From Polyangiales bacterium (lineage in GTDB: Bacteria; Myxococcota_A; Polyangia; Polyangiales; Ga0077539), in NCBI GenBank assembly GCA_044229975.1, contig JBGARZ010000006.1, positions 160,001 to 224,000 of the forward strand: a DNA stretch of 64,000 nucleotides, in the 5' to 3' direction. A program made the position numbers and the translations under genes. A model generated the notes under the pieces. That model was not told the origin of the DNA. It was given only the letters and a program-made list of their open reading frames with translations, and did no database searches. Positions within the stretch are counted from its first letter, which is position 1. Each line of letters opens with the position of its first letter. This document shows positions 9,252 to 18,812 of the stretch, in pieces.

Positions 9252-9874
9252 CCCCGCTGCATCGACCCGCACCGCCCGGTTTTCTCTCCGGGAAGGCGGC
9301 TGACTGGGGACGGGAGTTTGCTGCGCGGCGAGCGGCCCAACCCGGGTATGCCTTCCAATGGCGCGAGCACGAGGGCGTCGCGGTGAACCACCTGCTCTTG
9401 CGTGTACTGCTCGCGATGACTCGCGGTCACTGCGCTTACTGCGACCACTTCCAGCTCGGCGAAGGGTCCCGCGAGACCATCGACCACTTCCGACCGAAGG
9501 GCGGAGCCCGCGGGGCGCCGGAGCTCGCCTACGACTGGGAGAACCTCTATCCCGCATGCGACCTGTGCCAGCAGATCAAGGGCGACCACTTCGACGATGC
9601 GCTCCCGAGGCCCGACTCCGTAGGCTACGAGTTCCGGCGCTACTTCCTCTTCAACAGCCGCAACGGCGACATCGAGGTCAACCCGACGGCCTCCGACGCG
9701 GACCGGCGAAGCGCGTCGCTCGCGATCTCCATCTTCGGGTTCAACGAAGGCGTCAGACCCAGCGCACGCAAGCGTTGGTTCGCGAGCCACTTCGCGCCTC
9801 GTCGATGGTCTGCCCGCCGTGCGTCAGCGCTGGACACGCTGCCGTACCGCTTCCTTGCGCCGACGACCCTCTGA
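9248..9874 (+). CDS. HNH endonuclease, PtuB/TIGR02646-like (pair 1)
   Basis: HCAYCD...TIDHFRPK...LAYDWENLYPACDLCQQIK. Confidence 0.85.
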   Translation: MTPLHRPAPPGFLSGKAADWGREFAARRAAQPGYAFQWREHEGVAVNHLLLRVLLAMTRGHCAYCDHFQLGEGSRETIDHFRPKGGARGAPELAYDWENLYPACDLCQQIKGDHFDDALPRPDSVGYEFRRYFLFNSRNGDIEVNPTASDADRRSASLAISIFGFNEGVRPSARKRWFASHFAPRRWSARRASALDTLPYRFLAPTTL

Positions 9875-11179
9875 TCACCCGCCCCCTCGACCCCGCCGCG
9901 CAAACACCACCGCCCCCACGGCCAGCACCACTCCGAACCCCGCGAGCACCTTCGGCGAGCCCACTCCCACGCTCACCAGCGACACCGCCGACAGCACCAT
10001 CGCCACGCGCGCCATCCACTCTCCACCCGGCGCCCTGAACGGCCGCTCCAGCTCCGGCTCACTCCGCCGCAGCTTCAGCACCGCGGCCATGCTCACCAGG
10101 TACACCCCGAGCGCGCCCAGCACCGCCACCGTGATGAGCTCATCCGTCTTCCCCGAAAGCGTCGCCGCCACGCCCACCAGCGCCGACGCCCCGATGGCCC
10201 ACACCGGCGTCTGCCACCGCGGGTGCAACCCCGCCAACCCTTTGGGCAACAGCCCTTCCCGCGCCAGCGCGTACACCTGCCGTGAGCAGCCCATCACGAT
10301 GCCGTGGAAGCTCGCGACCAAGCCCAGCAGCCCCAGGTACACCATCAGGTGCGTCATCGGGTGGCCCGGCGAGAGCACCCGTCCGAGCGCGCGCGGCAGC
10401 GGCGAGTCGTCCTCCTGCAACGCCTGCCATGGCATCACGCCGCAGGTACAGATGAGCGTCCCGAGCGCCAGCGCCACCAGCGTCACGATGCCCGCGATGT
10501 AGCCGCGAGGGATGTCCCGCTTCGGGTCGACCACCTCCTCGGCGCTCATCGCCACGCCCTCCAACCCCAGATAGAACCAGATCGCGAACGGCAGCGCCGC
10601 GAACACACCCGCCACGCCCTGCGGAAACCACGGCGTCGCCAGCAGCCGCGACGCCTCCACGTGCGGCGCCGTCAGCCCACAGAACAACACCAGCTCGAAG
10701 GTCGCCAGCACCGTCACCACCAGCTCGATGGTCGCCGCGAGCGACACGCCCACCGCGTTGACGATGCCAAACACCACGAAGGCTCCCACCGCCACCGCGT
10801 TGACCGGCAACGACGGCGCTCGGAGGTGCACGTACGACCCGATGGCCCGCGCGATGGCCGGTGGTGCGAAGAGAAACTCCAGCAGCGTCGCCGCCCCCGC
10901 GAGGTACGCGCCCCACGAACCAAACGCCCGCCGCGCATACGCAAAGGGCCCGCCCGCGTGGGGAATCGCCGCGGACAGTTCGGTGTACGGGAAGATGAAG
11001 CACACGTAGAGCACGGTGATCGCGAGCGTGGCGATGCCCATGCCGACGACGCCGCCGCGGGCGAGGCCGTAGTTCCATCCGAAGTAGTCGCCGGAGATGA
11101 CCAGGCCCACCGCGATGGACCACAGGTGCAACGGCCGCAGCACCCGCTTGAGCGCAGGCGCCTCTGCCTCGCTCGTCAC
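9875..11179 (-). CDS. eat: Ethanolamine permease (APC superfamily)
   Basis: LKRVLRPLHLWSIAVGLVISGDYFGWNYG, PHAGGPFAYARRAFG, PFAIWFYLGLEGVAMSAEE; GTG start overlaps the eutL stop. Confidence 0.92.
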   Translation of the reverse strand: MTSEAEAPALKRVLRPLHLWSIAVGLVISGDYFGWNYGLARGGVVGMGIATLAITVLYVCFIFPYTELSAAIPHAGGPFAYARRAFGSWGAYLAGAATLLEFLFAPPAIARAIGSYVHLRAPSLPVNAVAVGAFVVFGIVNAVGVSLAATIELVVTVLATFELVLFCGLTAPHVEASRLLATPWFPQGVAGVFAALPFAIWFYLGLEGVAMSAEEVVDPKRDIPRGYIAGIVTLVALALGTLICTCGVMPWQALQEDDSPLPRALGRVLSPGHPMTHLMVYLGLLGLVASFHGIVMGCSRQVYALAREGLLPKGLAGLHPRWQTPVWAIGASALVGVAATLSGKTDELITVAVLGALGVYLVSMAAVLKLRRSEPELERPFRAPGGEWMARVAMVLSAVSLVSVGVGSPKVLAGFGVVLAVGAVVFARRGRGGG

Positions 11180-11835
11180 GTGCTGCTCGGCCTCGCCGCC
11201 ACGTCCACCACGGCGCCCTCGAAGGCGTGCGCCGCTGCCTCCACGGCGTCGAGCGTCCCGGTCACCCACGCGCCCGCGAAGTTGGTCTCCGTCGGCGGTC
11301 CGAAGAACTTCACCAGCGCCACGTTGGACGCCTTCAGCGCCGCATCGACGCCCACCAGCGCCTCGACCGGCGGCGCGATGAGATATCCGAAGGGCACGCC
11401 GGGAGACACGCCCGCTTGCGCTGCGAGGTAGCGCCCGACGCTCCCGATCACCGTCGGAAACACCGTCACGCCCTCTTCGTTGACCGAATAGAACGCGAAC
11501 AGATGCTCCAGCGCGAAGCGCACCGCCGCGACACCCTGCGTGATGCTCTCCGGGTCGTCCGCCGCGAGCACGCCGAGAATCTCTCCCGACAACGGCCCCG
11601 AGGCGTGCGCGCTCCCCGCATAGAACGACCGCGCGTAGATCACCTCCACGTCGGCCATCTTCGTCGCGTGGTCGAGCGCCGCGTAGAGCGAGTCGTCCTG
11701 GTCGCAGGTCATCAGCGCCAGCGAGCGACCGCCCGCCACCGCCGGCAAGCCCAGCGCCGTGCACAGCCGCGGGTCGGCGTGCGGCAACACGCGACACGAC
11801 AACAGCCGCGCCGGGAGTCGCTTGAGGCCGCTCAC
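11176..11835 (-). CDS. eutL: Tandem-domain microcompartment shell protein EutL (BMC-T)
   Basis: DDSLYAALDHATKMADVEVIYARSFYAGSAHASGPLSGE, YLIAPPVEALVGVDAALKA, PPTETNFAGAWVTG. Confidence 0.93.
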   Translation of the reverse strand: MSGLKRLPARLLSCRVLPHADPRLCTALGLPAVAGGRSLALMTCDQDDSLYAALDHATKMADVEVIYARSFYAGSAHASGPLSGEILGVLAADDPESITQGVAAVRFALEHLFAFYSVNEEGVTVFPTVIGSVGRYLAAQAGVSPGVPFGYLIAPPVEALVGVDAALKASNVALVKFFGPPTETNFAGAWVTGTLDAVEAAAHAFEGAVVDVAARPSST

Positions 11836-12713
11836 GCGCGCCCCCAGCCGATGCCCAGCGACACGCCGCCGCGGCCCGTCACGAAGGCCCGCTTGAGAAT
11901 CGCCACGCTGTCGTTGGCCGCCTCGTGCGCCGCGATGCCGATGGGGCGAACGTTGGAGATGCAGTTCTTCTCGGCGTTGTCCTGGGAGAGCTTCGGGTTG
12001 ACCGCGAGGTACACCGACAGCGAATCGCCCGTCCCCAACCCCGGCCGCTCGCCCACCAGGATCACCGTCGAGCGCGCCTTCGTCAGCACGCCGATCTCGT
12101 CGGCCACCGCGATGCGCGCGTACTTCACATAGAACCCCAAGCCCATCCGCCAGCCCGCCGCCGCGAAGGCCGAGCGCAGCGCCGCGAGGGTGCCCGCGCC
12201 GTTCTGCACGATGGCGTTGGGGGAGAGCCCGTCGCCCACGATGATCTGCACGTCGGGCGCGGTGCCCGCGTGGGCCTCGACGGCCGCGCGCGACACGTCG
12301 TCGAGCCGCCGTCCCTCGTTGGGGAAGAGCAGGTAGTGGTTGCGGTCGGTGCAGCGCGTTCGTAGTGAGATGAGCTCGTTGCGCGCGGCCCAGTCGTCGG
12401 GCACCTCGCTGTGCACGGCGTCGCGCGCGTCGGCCTGACCTTCGCGCGCGCGGAGGTAGTCGTCGGTGCGCAGCCGGTTGCCCGCGCGGCCCATGGCGAT
12501 CTGCGACGAGGTGAGCGCCACCAGCCGTGGGAGCATCGCCTCGTAGATGGGCCGCTCGACCGCGTGGACGGGCCGCGGATCAGCCGTGCACGAGTGGCCC
12601 TCGTCGCCACCGCACGGAGCCGAGCGCGCGACGACGGCGGCCGCGTCCTCCTCCGCCAGCCGACGCACCACGGCGTCGACGATGGACTGGAGCGTGGACT
12701 CGTCGAGCTTCAC
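11832..12713 (-). CDS. eutC: Ethanolamine ammonia-lyase light chain with N-terminal encapsulation-peptide-like helix
   Basis: GRAGNRLRT, ARDAVH, DVQIIVGDGLS, LVGERPGLGTGDSLSVY, KNCISNV; N-terminus DESTLQSIVDAVVRRL; GTG start inferred. Confidence 0.92.
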   Translation of the reverse strand: MKLDESTLQSIVDAVVRRLAEEDAAAVVARSAPCGGDEGHSCTADPRPVHAVERPIYEAMLPRLVALTSSQIAMGRAGNRLRTDDYLRAREGQADARDAVHSEVPDDWAARNELISLRTRCTDRNHYLLFPNEGRRLDDVSRAAVEAHAGTAPDVQIIVGDGLSPNAIVQNGAGTLAALRSAFAAAGWRMGLGFYVKYARIAVADEIGVLTKARSTVILVGERPGLGTGDSLSVYLAVNPKLSQDNAEKNCISNVRPIGIAAHEAANDSVAILKRAFVTGRGGVSLGIGWGRA

Positions 12714-12792
12714 GGCACCGATTGGTACGACAGCCGACGCCCCGTGGAAAGCACGCTTGCGCCGTAGGGCGCCCGACCCGACACTGGCGGCA

Positions 12793-14421
12793 ATGGCACC
12801 GGGCATCGACCTCTCGCCGGGCGCGATCATCGGTCGTGACTTCCGCGTGGTGCGCCCGCTGGCCGAAGGCGGCATGGGCGCCGTGTACGTGGTCGAGCAG
12901 ATCAGCACCGCCAAGCCGCGCGCGCTCAAGGTGATGCATGCCCACTTCGCGGCCGACCCGCGCAGCCGCGAGCGCTTCGTGCAGGAGGCGCGCGCGGGCG
13001 GACAGGTCGCCAGCGACCACGTCGTCGAGGTGGTCACCGCGGGCGTCGACGAGGCCACCGGAACGCCATGGATGGTCATGGAGTTTCTCGACGGCGAGAC
13101 GCTCGACGCGGCCATCACCCGGCGCGGCGGACTGCCGATGGATGAGGCGTGGGAGGTGTTCTCGCAGTTCGGGCACGCGCTCGCGGCGGCGCATGCGGTG
13201 GGCATCGTTCATCGCGACCTGAAGCCCGAGAACATCGTGCTCGCGACACCCCGCCGCGCGGGCGCGTTGTTCACGGTGAAGGTGCTGGATTTCGGCATCG
13301 CCAAGCTGCTCACCGAGCGCGCGGGCACCAACACGCAGGCCATCGGATCGCCCCACTGGATGGCCCCCGAGCAGACCATGGAGGGGACGCCCATCGGGCC
13401 CCCGACGGACGTCTGGGCGCTCGGCCTCATCGCGTACCACACCCTCACCGGAACCGAGTTCTGGAAGCACGCCAACGACACCGACGGAAACATCGTTCCG
13501 TTGATGGTGGAGATCGGCGCGAAGCCCATTCCACCAGCATCGGTACGCGCCACGGAGCAGGGCCGCGCGCACCTCCTGCCGACGGGTTTCGACGCGTGGT
13601 TCGGGCGCTGCGTGACCCGCGACATCGACGCTCGCTTCGTCGACGGCGCGGAGGCTACGGCGGCGCTGCTCCCCATGCTGCGCGCCCCGAAGCCGCAGCC
13701 CCAACCCCACGCAGTCACCGAGGCGGCGATCGCCTTCGCGCCGACGGTGGGTCAGCCGGTGTACTCGCCGACCGCCGTGACGCCGCCCGAATCCACGGGG
13801 CCGGTGCTCACCGCTGCGATGCCCGCGGCGCCGCCTCCCGTGGTGCCGTGGAGCGCGCCACCACCGCCACCACCACCTCCTCCTCCTACTTCGCTGATCA
13901 TCGCGCCGAGCCCGCAGTTGGTGCTCAAGCGACGATCGAGCGGTCGATGGTGGGTGCTCGCGGTGTTCGTCCTGGTGCTGGGCGCGGGGCTCGCGTGGGC
14001 CTTCACGATGTACGAGCCCGACTTCGGACCGGCGACCCCTGCCGTGACGCAACCCCTGGTGACACCACCGGCCGCGGAGATCGTTCCCTTCGTGGCGGGG
14101 CAGCGGTGGGCGGGGAGCTACACCTGCGGCCAGGAGACGACCCCGCTGGTGCTGCGCATCATCAGCGTCACGGGGCTGCGCGTCGACGGGCTCTTCGAGT
14201 TCACGCACGCGTCGGACGGCGAGGGCGCGTACCGCGTGAGCGGGTCGTACATCGCGGCGCAGCGACGCCTGCCGCTGGAGCCGGGCGAGTGGGTGCGCCA
14301 GCCGTCGGACTACGTCGCCGTCGCCGTGGACGGAACCGTCTCCCCCGACGGCAGCACCTACGCCGGTCGCATGGTGCACGCGTCGTGTTCGGGGTTCTCG
14401 GTGCGCCTCGGCCCCAACTGA
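12793..14421 (+). CDS. Membrane-anchored Ser/Thr protein kinase (Hanks type)
   Basis: LAEGGMGAVY, ALK, VHRDLKPEN, DFG, WMAPEQ, DVWALG; Pro-rich linker, TM helix, small extracytoplasmic domain. Confidence 0.93.
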   Translation: MAPGIDLSPGAIIGRDFRVVRPLAEGGMGAVYVVEQISTAKPRALKVMHAHFAADPRSRERFVQEARAGGQVASDHVVEVVTAGVDEATGTPWMVMEFLDGETLDAAITRRGGLPMDEAWEVFSQFGHALAAAHAVGIVHRDLKPENIVLATPRRAGALFTVKVLDFGIAKLLTERAGTNTQAIGSPHWMAPEQTMEGTPIGPPTDVWALGLIAYHTLTGTEFWKHANDTDGNIVPLMVEIGAKPIPPASVRATEQGRAHLLPTGFDAWFGRCVTRDIDARFVDGAEATAALLPMLRAPKPQPQPHAVTEAAIAFAPTVGQPVYSPTAVTPPESTGPVLTAAMPAAPPPVVPWSAPPPPPPPPPPTSLIIAPSPQLVLKRRSSGRWWVLAVFVLVLGAGLAWAFTMYEPDFGPATPAVTQPLVTPPAAEIVPFVAGQRWAGSYTCGQETTPLVLRIISVTGLRVDGLFEFTHASDGEGAYRVSGSYIAAQRRLPLEPGEWVRQPSDYVAVAVDGTVSPDGSTYAGRMVHASCSGFSVRLGPN

Positions 14422-14425
14422 GACG

Positions 14426-15253
14426 TCAGCGCTGGTCGACGGCGGGCGCGCACAGCTCGATCACGGCGCCGTCGAGCTTCGTCGCGTAGTAGCCGGTCGA
14501 CCACAGCTCGACGAGCGCCTCGAAGGGCGACGGCATCTCCGCGTAGGGGCGGCCCTTGATCTTCTCGGGCGCGCCGCGCGGCGTCTTGCCCACCGCGATG
14601 TCGCGCTCGACGAGCATGCGCCACACCTGACAGGCAGAGAGGTTGTGAAGGAAACCGTCACCGGGGGAGTTGCGGTCCCACATCCTCGCGCGCCACGGCG
14701 GGTCGTCTTCGCTCACGACGGGTGAACCCTGGCTGTGGTCGTCGCTCTTGCGCCCGGACACCCCGCGAGCGGCGCGCTCGACGGAGCGGATGATGCGCCG
14801 CCGGTCATCCTCGATCCATCGATTGAACACCTCCTCGGCGATGCGTCCCTCGATGTTGGCGGGCAGCGTCCCGGCGGTTGGTGCCCGCTTCGCCCGCGCG
14901 TCGATGACCTGCCAGCGCACGGCCTTCACGGGCTTCGCGCCCCACGGGCGGCACCGCGTCGCACACTCCAGGGCCATCGCCTCGGCGCGCAGGACACCCG
15001 TCGGATCGCTCGCGAGTGCCACCACAAGGTCGCGCTCGATCGGGTCACCGAAGCGCGCGGCGGGCGCGTCGAGCCACGCGCTCGGGACGAGATCACGCGA
15101 GGCCAGCGCTTCGAGGAGGCCAGCGTCGTCGTCGCGATAGGCGTCGGCAACGACGAGCACATCGGCCAGTTGAGGACGCTCGGGGTTGAGCACGCGGCGG
15201 GTGAGCGCGAGCCACTCCTGCTCCTGCGAATCGAGCGCGCGTGAGACTCCCAT
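14426..15253 (-). CDS. Hypothetical protein
   Basis: About 275-aa ORF with plausible composition between the kinase and the SDR gene; start uncertain. Confidence 0.65.
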   Translation of the reverse strand: MGVSRALDSQEQEWLALTRRVLNPERPQLADVLVVADAYRDDDAGLLEALASRDLVPSAWLDAPAARFGDPIERDLVVALASDPTGVLRAEAMALECATRCRPWGAKPVKAVRWQVIDARAKRAPTAGTLPANIEGRIAEEVFNRWIEDDRRRIIRSVERAARGVSGRKSDDHSQGSPVVSEDDPPWRARMWDRNSPGDGFLHNLSACQVWRMLVERDIAVGKTPRGAPEKIKGRPYAEMPSPFEALVELWSTGYYATKLDGAVIELCAPAVDQR

Positions 15254-15347
15254 CGGGCGACCGACGGTACCACCCGCGCACAAACACCGGTTGACCCTGT
15301 CCCCGCGTCGCGCCGACGATCACGCCCCGAAGAGGAGCACTCCCATC

Positions 15348-16136
15348 ATGACGAGCATCTTTCGGAGCGACCTGCTGGCGGGCCGCGTGGCGCTGGTAAC
15401 CGGCGGCGGTTCGGGCATCGGCCGCGGCATCGCGGAGGCGTTGGTGGCGCACGGGGCGCGCGTGGGCATCGTGGGCCGCAACGCCGAGCGCCTCCAGGCG
15501 GCCGCGGCGGCGATGGGCGAGCGCTGCGTGGCGGCACCCGCGGACGTGCGCGACCCGAAGGCCATCGAGGCCGCGCTCGACGCGGTGACGGCCGCGCATG
15601 GGGCCATCGACATCGTGGTCAACAGCGCCGCGGGCAACTTCCTCGCGCCCGCGTCGCAGCTCTCGCCCAACGGGTTTCGCACCGTGATGGACATCGACGC
15701 CAACGGGACCTTCAACGTGTGCCGCGCGGTGTTCGATCGCTCGCTGCGCGACCGCGGCGGCGTGGTGCTCAACATCTCCGCGACGCTGCACTACGCGGCG
15801 ACGCCGTTGCAGATCCACGCGTCGGCGGCGAAGGCCGCGGTCGACGCCATCACCCGCACGCTCGCGGTGGAGTGGGGCCCTCTCGGCGTGCGCGTGGTGG
15901 GCCTCGCGCCGGGCCCCATCGACGGAACCGAAGGCATGAACAAGCTGGCGCCCGGCGACGCGAAGCAGCGGGCGATCGGGGCCATTCCGCTGCGTCGCTT
16001 CGGGAGCATCGCGGAGATGGCGACGATGGCGGTGTTCCTGGTGAGCGAGGGCGCGAGCTACGTGAGCGGCGAGACCGTGGTGGCCGACGGCGGCGCCTGG
16101 CTGGGCAGCTCGGCGGCGCTCTGGACCGGTGGGTGA
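15348..16136 (+). CDS. SDR oxidoreductase, 2,4-dienoyl-CoA reductase-like
   Basis: TGGGSGIG, NSAAGNFLAPASQLSPNGFRTVMDID, HASAAKA; GAGGAG RBS. Confidence 0.88.
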   Translation: MTSIFRSDLLAGRVALVTGGGSGIGRGIAEALVAHGARVGIVGRNAERLQAAAAAMGERCVAAPADVRDPKAIEAALDAVTAAHGAIDIVVNSAAGNFLAPASQLSPNGFRTVMDIDANGTFNVCRAVFDRSLRDRGGVVLNISATLHYAATPLQIHASAAKAAVDAITRTLAVEWGPLGVRVVGLAPGPIDGTEGMNKLAPGDAKQRAIGAIPLRRFGSIAEMATMAVFLVSEGASYVSGETVVADGGAWLGSSAALWTGG

Positions 16137-17031
16137 CTACTGGTTGAAGACTTCGGCCGCGGTCGTGGCGGTTGCCGCGCGATCGAGCCAGGTGTCGAGC
16201 GTCGCGACGTCGGTGCAGGAGAGCACCCGGACGCGCGTCTCTTCATCGACGACGATGCCGCGCCGCTCGATGACCCGCAGCAGCGCACGCGCCTCGCCTT
16301 CGAGCTCGCCTTCGAGCTTGCCTTTGACGGTCCCCCTTCGCTCGAATTCCTCGCGCAGGTCGCGCATGAGCGGTCCTTCGGTCACCTTGCTGAAATCCAT
16401 GAGCATCTCCCGTAGCTTCACGCGAAGCTCGTCACTGACCATGTTGATCATCCCGCGGACCAGTGAGTCCCGCAACGCAGCATCGGGCAACGCACGAGTG
16501 CTCACGATGGCCCGCCGCACGAGCCTCGCCGCCGCGTCGCTGCGCTGAGCGTGCACCGCCCACGCGGCGAACAACGCCAGCTCCGGTCTGCCCGTCGCGA
16601 GCAGCGCTTCAGCGTCCGCGCGGCGGAGGCACACCACCCTTGGCACGAGCGAGAGGCGCGTCCCGTGTGGTCCCTCGACGGTGGCAACCGTTCGGGCCCA
16701 ACGGGCGACGGCGCGCGAGTGCGTCACCACGAAGACGTCTCCCATCACCCCGCGTCGGTCGTACAGCACCGCCGCCACCAGCGGCCAGCGACGCCCTTTC
16801 GTCGCGTCGTCGTCGCGCTGTAGCTCCACCACCGCCCATGGCCCCGCGTCGTCGGGCGAGAGAAGCGTGTCGACCTGCACTGTATCCTGGGTCGACGACC
16901 CGCGCCGAGGTGTCGACTGCACGAGCCCCAGCCGGGAGAGCCCCCACGCCCATCTCGCGCAACAGCGCATCAAACCATTCCGGGTGCGACCGGATGAACT
17001 CCACCATCGTCTCGTGTGCGGCACTCGGCAT
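16137..17031 (-). pseudogene. Frameshifted Rpn/DUF4351-like (PD-(D/E)XK-type) protein
   Basis: N-terminus MPSAAHETMVEFIR...VVDP is in one frame; DTVQVDTLL...VVELQR...GKLEGELEGEARALLRVIERRG...LDTWLDRAATA is in another. One extra base near 16886-16887 (span 895 = 3n+1). Confidence 0.7.
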
Positions 17032-17263
17032 CGTCGCCGCGGCGTAGCCCGACATCGCCGCCAAGCAACCCGACCGCGCACAGCTTGTGACATAGCCTGA
17101 CCCGCCACCGCGCACCATCCGACGCACCCGCTGCGTGATCCGCTGCGCTGGCCCCGCCACCCGCCATCGCGCGGCGCCATTGACCACCGCGCTCGCCATT
17201 CCTGTCCCCCCGCTTTCTCCCGCGCGTCCGCTCGCGGCACGCCCCTCGCTCTCATCGCTCCCG

Positions 17264-17677
17264 ATGTCCTCGCGAGCCACTTCGTCGCCGTCCGTCGTCG
17301 TCACCCGCGGCGCCCTCGTGGGCCTCGCCGCCACGCTCGTCGACCTCTCGCTCCTCGCCCTGCTCTTCGACGTCGCCCGTCTCCCGCTGCGCGTCGCCAG
17401 TCCTCTCGCGCTGCTCGCCGGCGTCGCGGTGCAGTTCGTCGGCAGCCGCGCTGTCACCTTCCGCGCATCGCGTGCCCGCTGGCTTCCGCAGGCGCTCGGC
17501 TTCGTCGCCGTCGAGGCCCTCTCCTTCGCGGCCAACGTCGCGCTCACCGAGGTCGCCTCCCGCGCGCTGCACCTCCCGCCCACGGTGGTGCGCGTCCCGG
17601 TCACGTCGCTCGTCTACTTCGGCGTCTCGCTCCCGCTGTGGTCGAAGGTGTTTCGCCCCTCGGAGGTTCCCTCATGA
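17264..17677 (+). CDS. GtrA-family small membrane protein (putative flippase accessory)
   Basis: VGLAATLVDL first helix, about 4 TM segments, RAVTFR and KVF motifs; ATGA overlap with the glycosyltransferase. Confidence 0.75.
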   Translation: MSSRATSSPSVVVTRGALVGLAATLVDLSLLALLFDVARLPLRVASPLALLAGVAVQFVGSRAVTFRASRARWLPQALGFVAVEALSFAANVALTEVASRALHLPPTVVRVPVTSLVYFGVSLPLWSKVFRPSEVPS

Positions 17678-18798
17678 ACGCCCTCCACACCCACCTCGCC
17701 ATCGCCTCCGCCACGCTCACTGCCTCGTGGATCACCCTCGGCCTCGTCGCCCTCCACCGCGTCACCCACGCACGCCCCGTCACCACCACGGCACCTCCGC
17801 CCGTCACGGTGCTCAAGCCGCTCGCGGGTGCCGACGCCCGCCTCGCCGACAACCTCCTCAGCTTCTTCGAGCAGGACCATCCCGACTACGAGCTCCTCTT
17901 CGGCTGCGAAGACCCCGACGACCCGGCAGTCGCCGTCGTCCGCGCGCTCATCGCCCAACACCCCGGCGTGCGCGCCCGCCTCGTCATCCACCAGGGCCCG
18001 CGCGGCAGCAACCCCAAGGTGCGCAACCTCCGCGGCATCGTCGACCTCGCCGCCCACGACCTCGTGCTGGTGAGCGACAGCAACGTGCGCGCGCCCGCCC
18101 ACTACCTCCGCGAGACGGCGTCCGCGTGGGGCGGCGACGTCGGCCTGGTGACCAACCTGTTCGCGGGTGTTCCGGGTCCGCGCTCACCGCTCGCGGCGTG
18201 GGTCGAGGCCGTGCTGCTCGCCGACTTCTGCGCGCCCGGCGCCGCGCTGCCGACGGCCCTCGGTCACGCCGCCGTCATCGGCAAGTCGATGCTCTTTTCC
18301 CGCCGCGAGCTCGCCTCCTTCGGCGCTCTTGAACGCGTCGCCGACGTCATGGCCGAAGACTATGTGCTGGGTCGCATGCTCCAGGCGCGCGGTCGTCGCG
18401 TTCACATGGCGCCGACGGTCATCGACAACTCCCTCGGCGACGTGACGTGGCGCGCTCTCTTCGACCGCCACCTGCGCTGGTCGATGCTGCGTCTGCGGCT
18501 GCACCCGCACCTGTGGTTCGTCGAGCCGTGGACGAGCCCGCTGGTCGCTGCTCTCGCGCTGGGCATGACCTTCGGCGCGCCGGGCGTGGCCGCGGCCTTC
18601 GCGCTGATGGTGGTGCGCGACGTGGTGTCGTGGTGGCTGCTGCGCGGGCCGGGATCACTCTGGGCGCCGCTCTCGCTGGGGCTGCTACGCGAGCTGGTGA
18701 TGGTCGCCGTGTGGGTGGTCACGCCGTGGAGGCGCCACGTGAGCTGGCGCGGCCACCGGATGCGCCTGGAGAGCGGGACGCTGCTCTACGACGAGTGA
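17674..18798 (+). CDS. Ceramide glucosyltransferase/HpnI-like glycosyltransferase (GT21/GT2)
   Basis: VTVLKPLAG, QDHPDYELLF, NPKVRNL, VSDSNV, AEDY, RHLRW, VSWRG. Confidence 0.88.
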   Translation: MNALHTHLAIASATLTASWITLGLVALHRVTHARPVTTTAPPPVTVLKPLAGADARLADNLLSFFEQDHPDYELLFGCEDPDDPAVAVVRALIAQHPGVRARLVIHQGPRGSNPKVRNLRGIVDLAAHDLVLVSDSNVRAPAHYLRETASAWGGDVGLVTNLFAGVPGPRSPLAAWVEAVLLADFCAPGAALPTALGHAAVIGKSMLFSRRELASFGALERVADVMAEDYVLGRMLQARGRRVHMAPTVIDNSLGDVTWRALFDRHLRWSMLRLRLHPHLWFVEPWTSPLVAALALGMTFGAPGVAAAFALMVVRDVVSWWLLRGPGSLWAPLSLGLLRELVMVAVWVVTPWRRHVSWRGHRMRLESGTLLYDE

Positions 18799-18812
18799 CC
18801 TGCACTTCCGGT

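Noticed and set aside
7226..9874. Retron (Ec78-type) interpretation of the ATPase-HNH pairs
   Set aside because: No reverse transcriptase (YADD-type) gene or msr-msd-like region was seen next to either pair.
9875..11797. 640-aa ORF as an N-terminally extended permease
   Set aside because: The first 206 codons overlap eutL in another frame; permease similarity begins at GTG 11179.
13855..13890. ccaccg/cct tandem run
   Set aside because: It encodes the poly-proline linker of the kinase and is not a separate DNA repeat.
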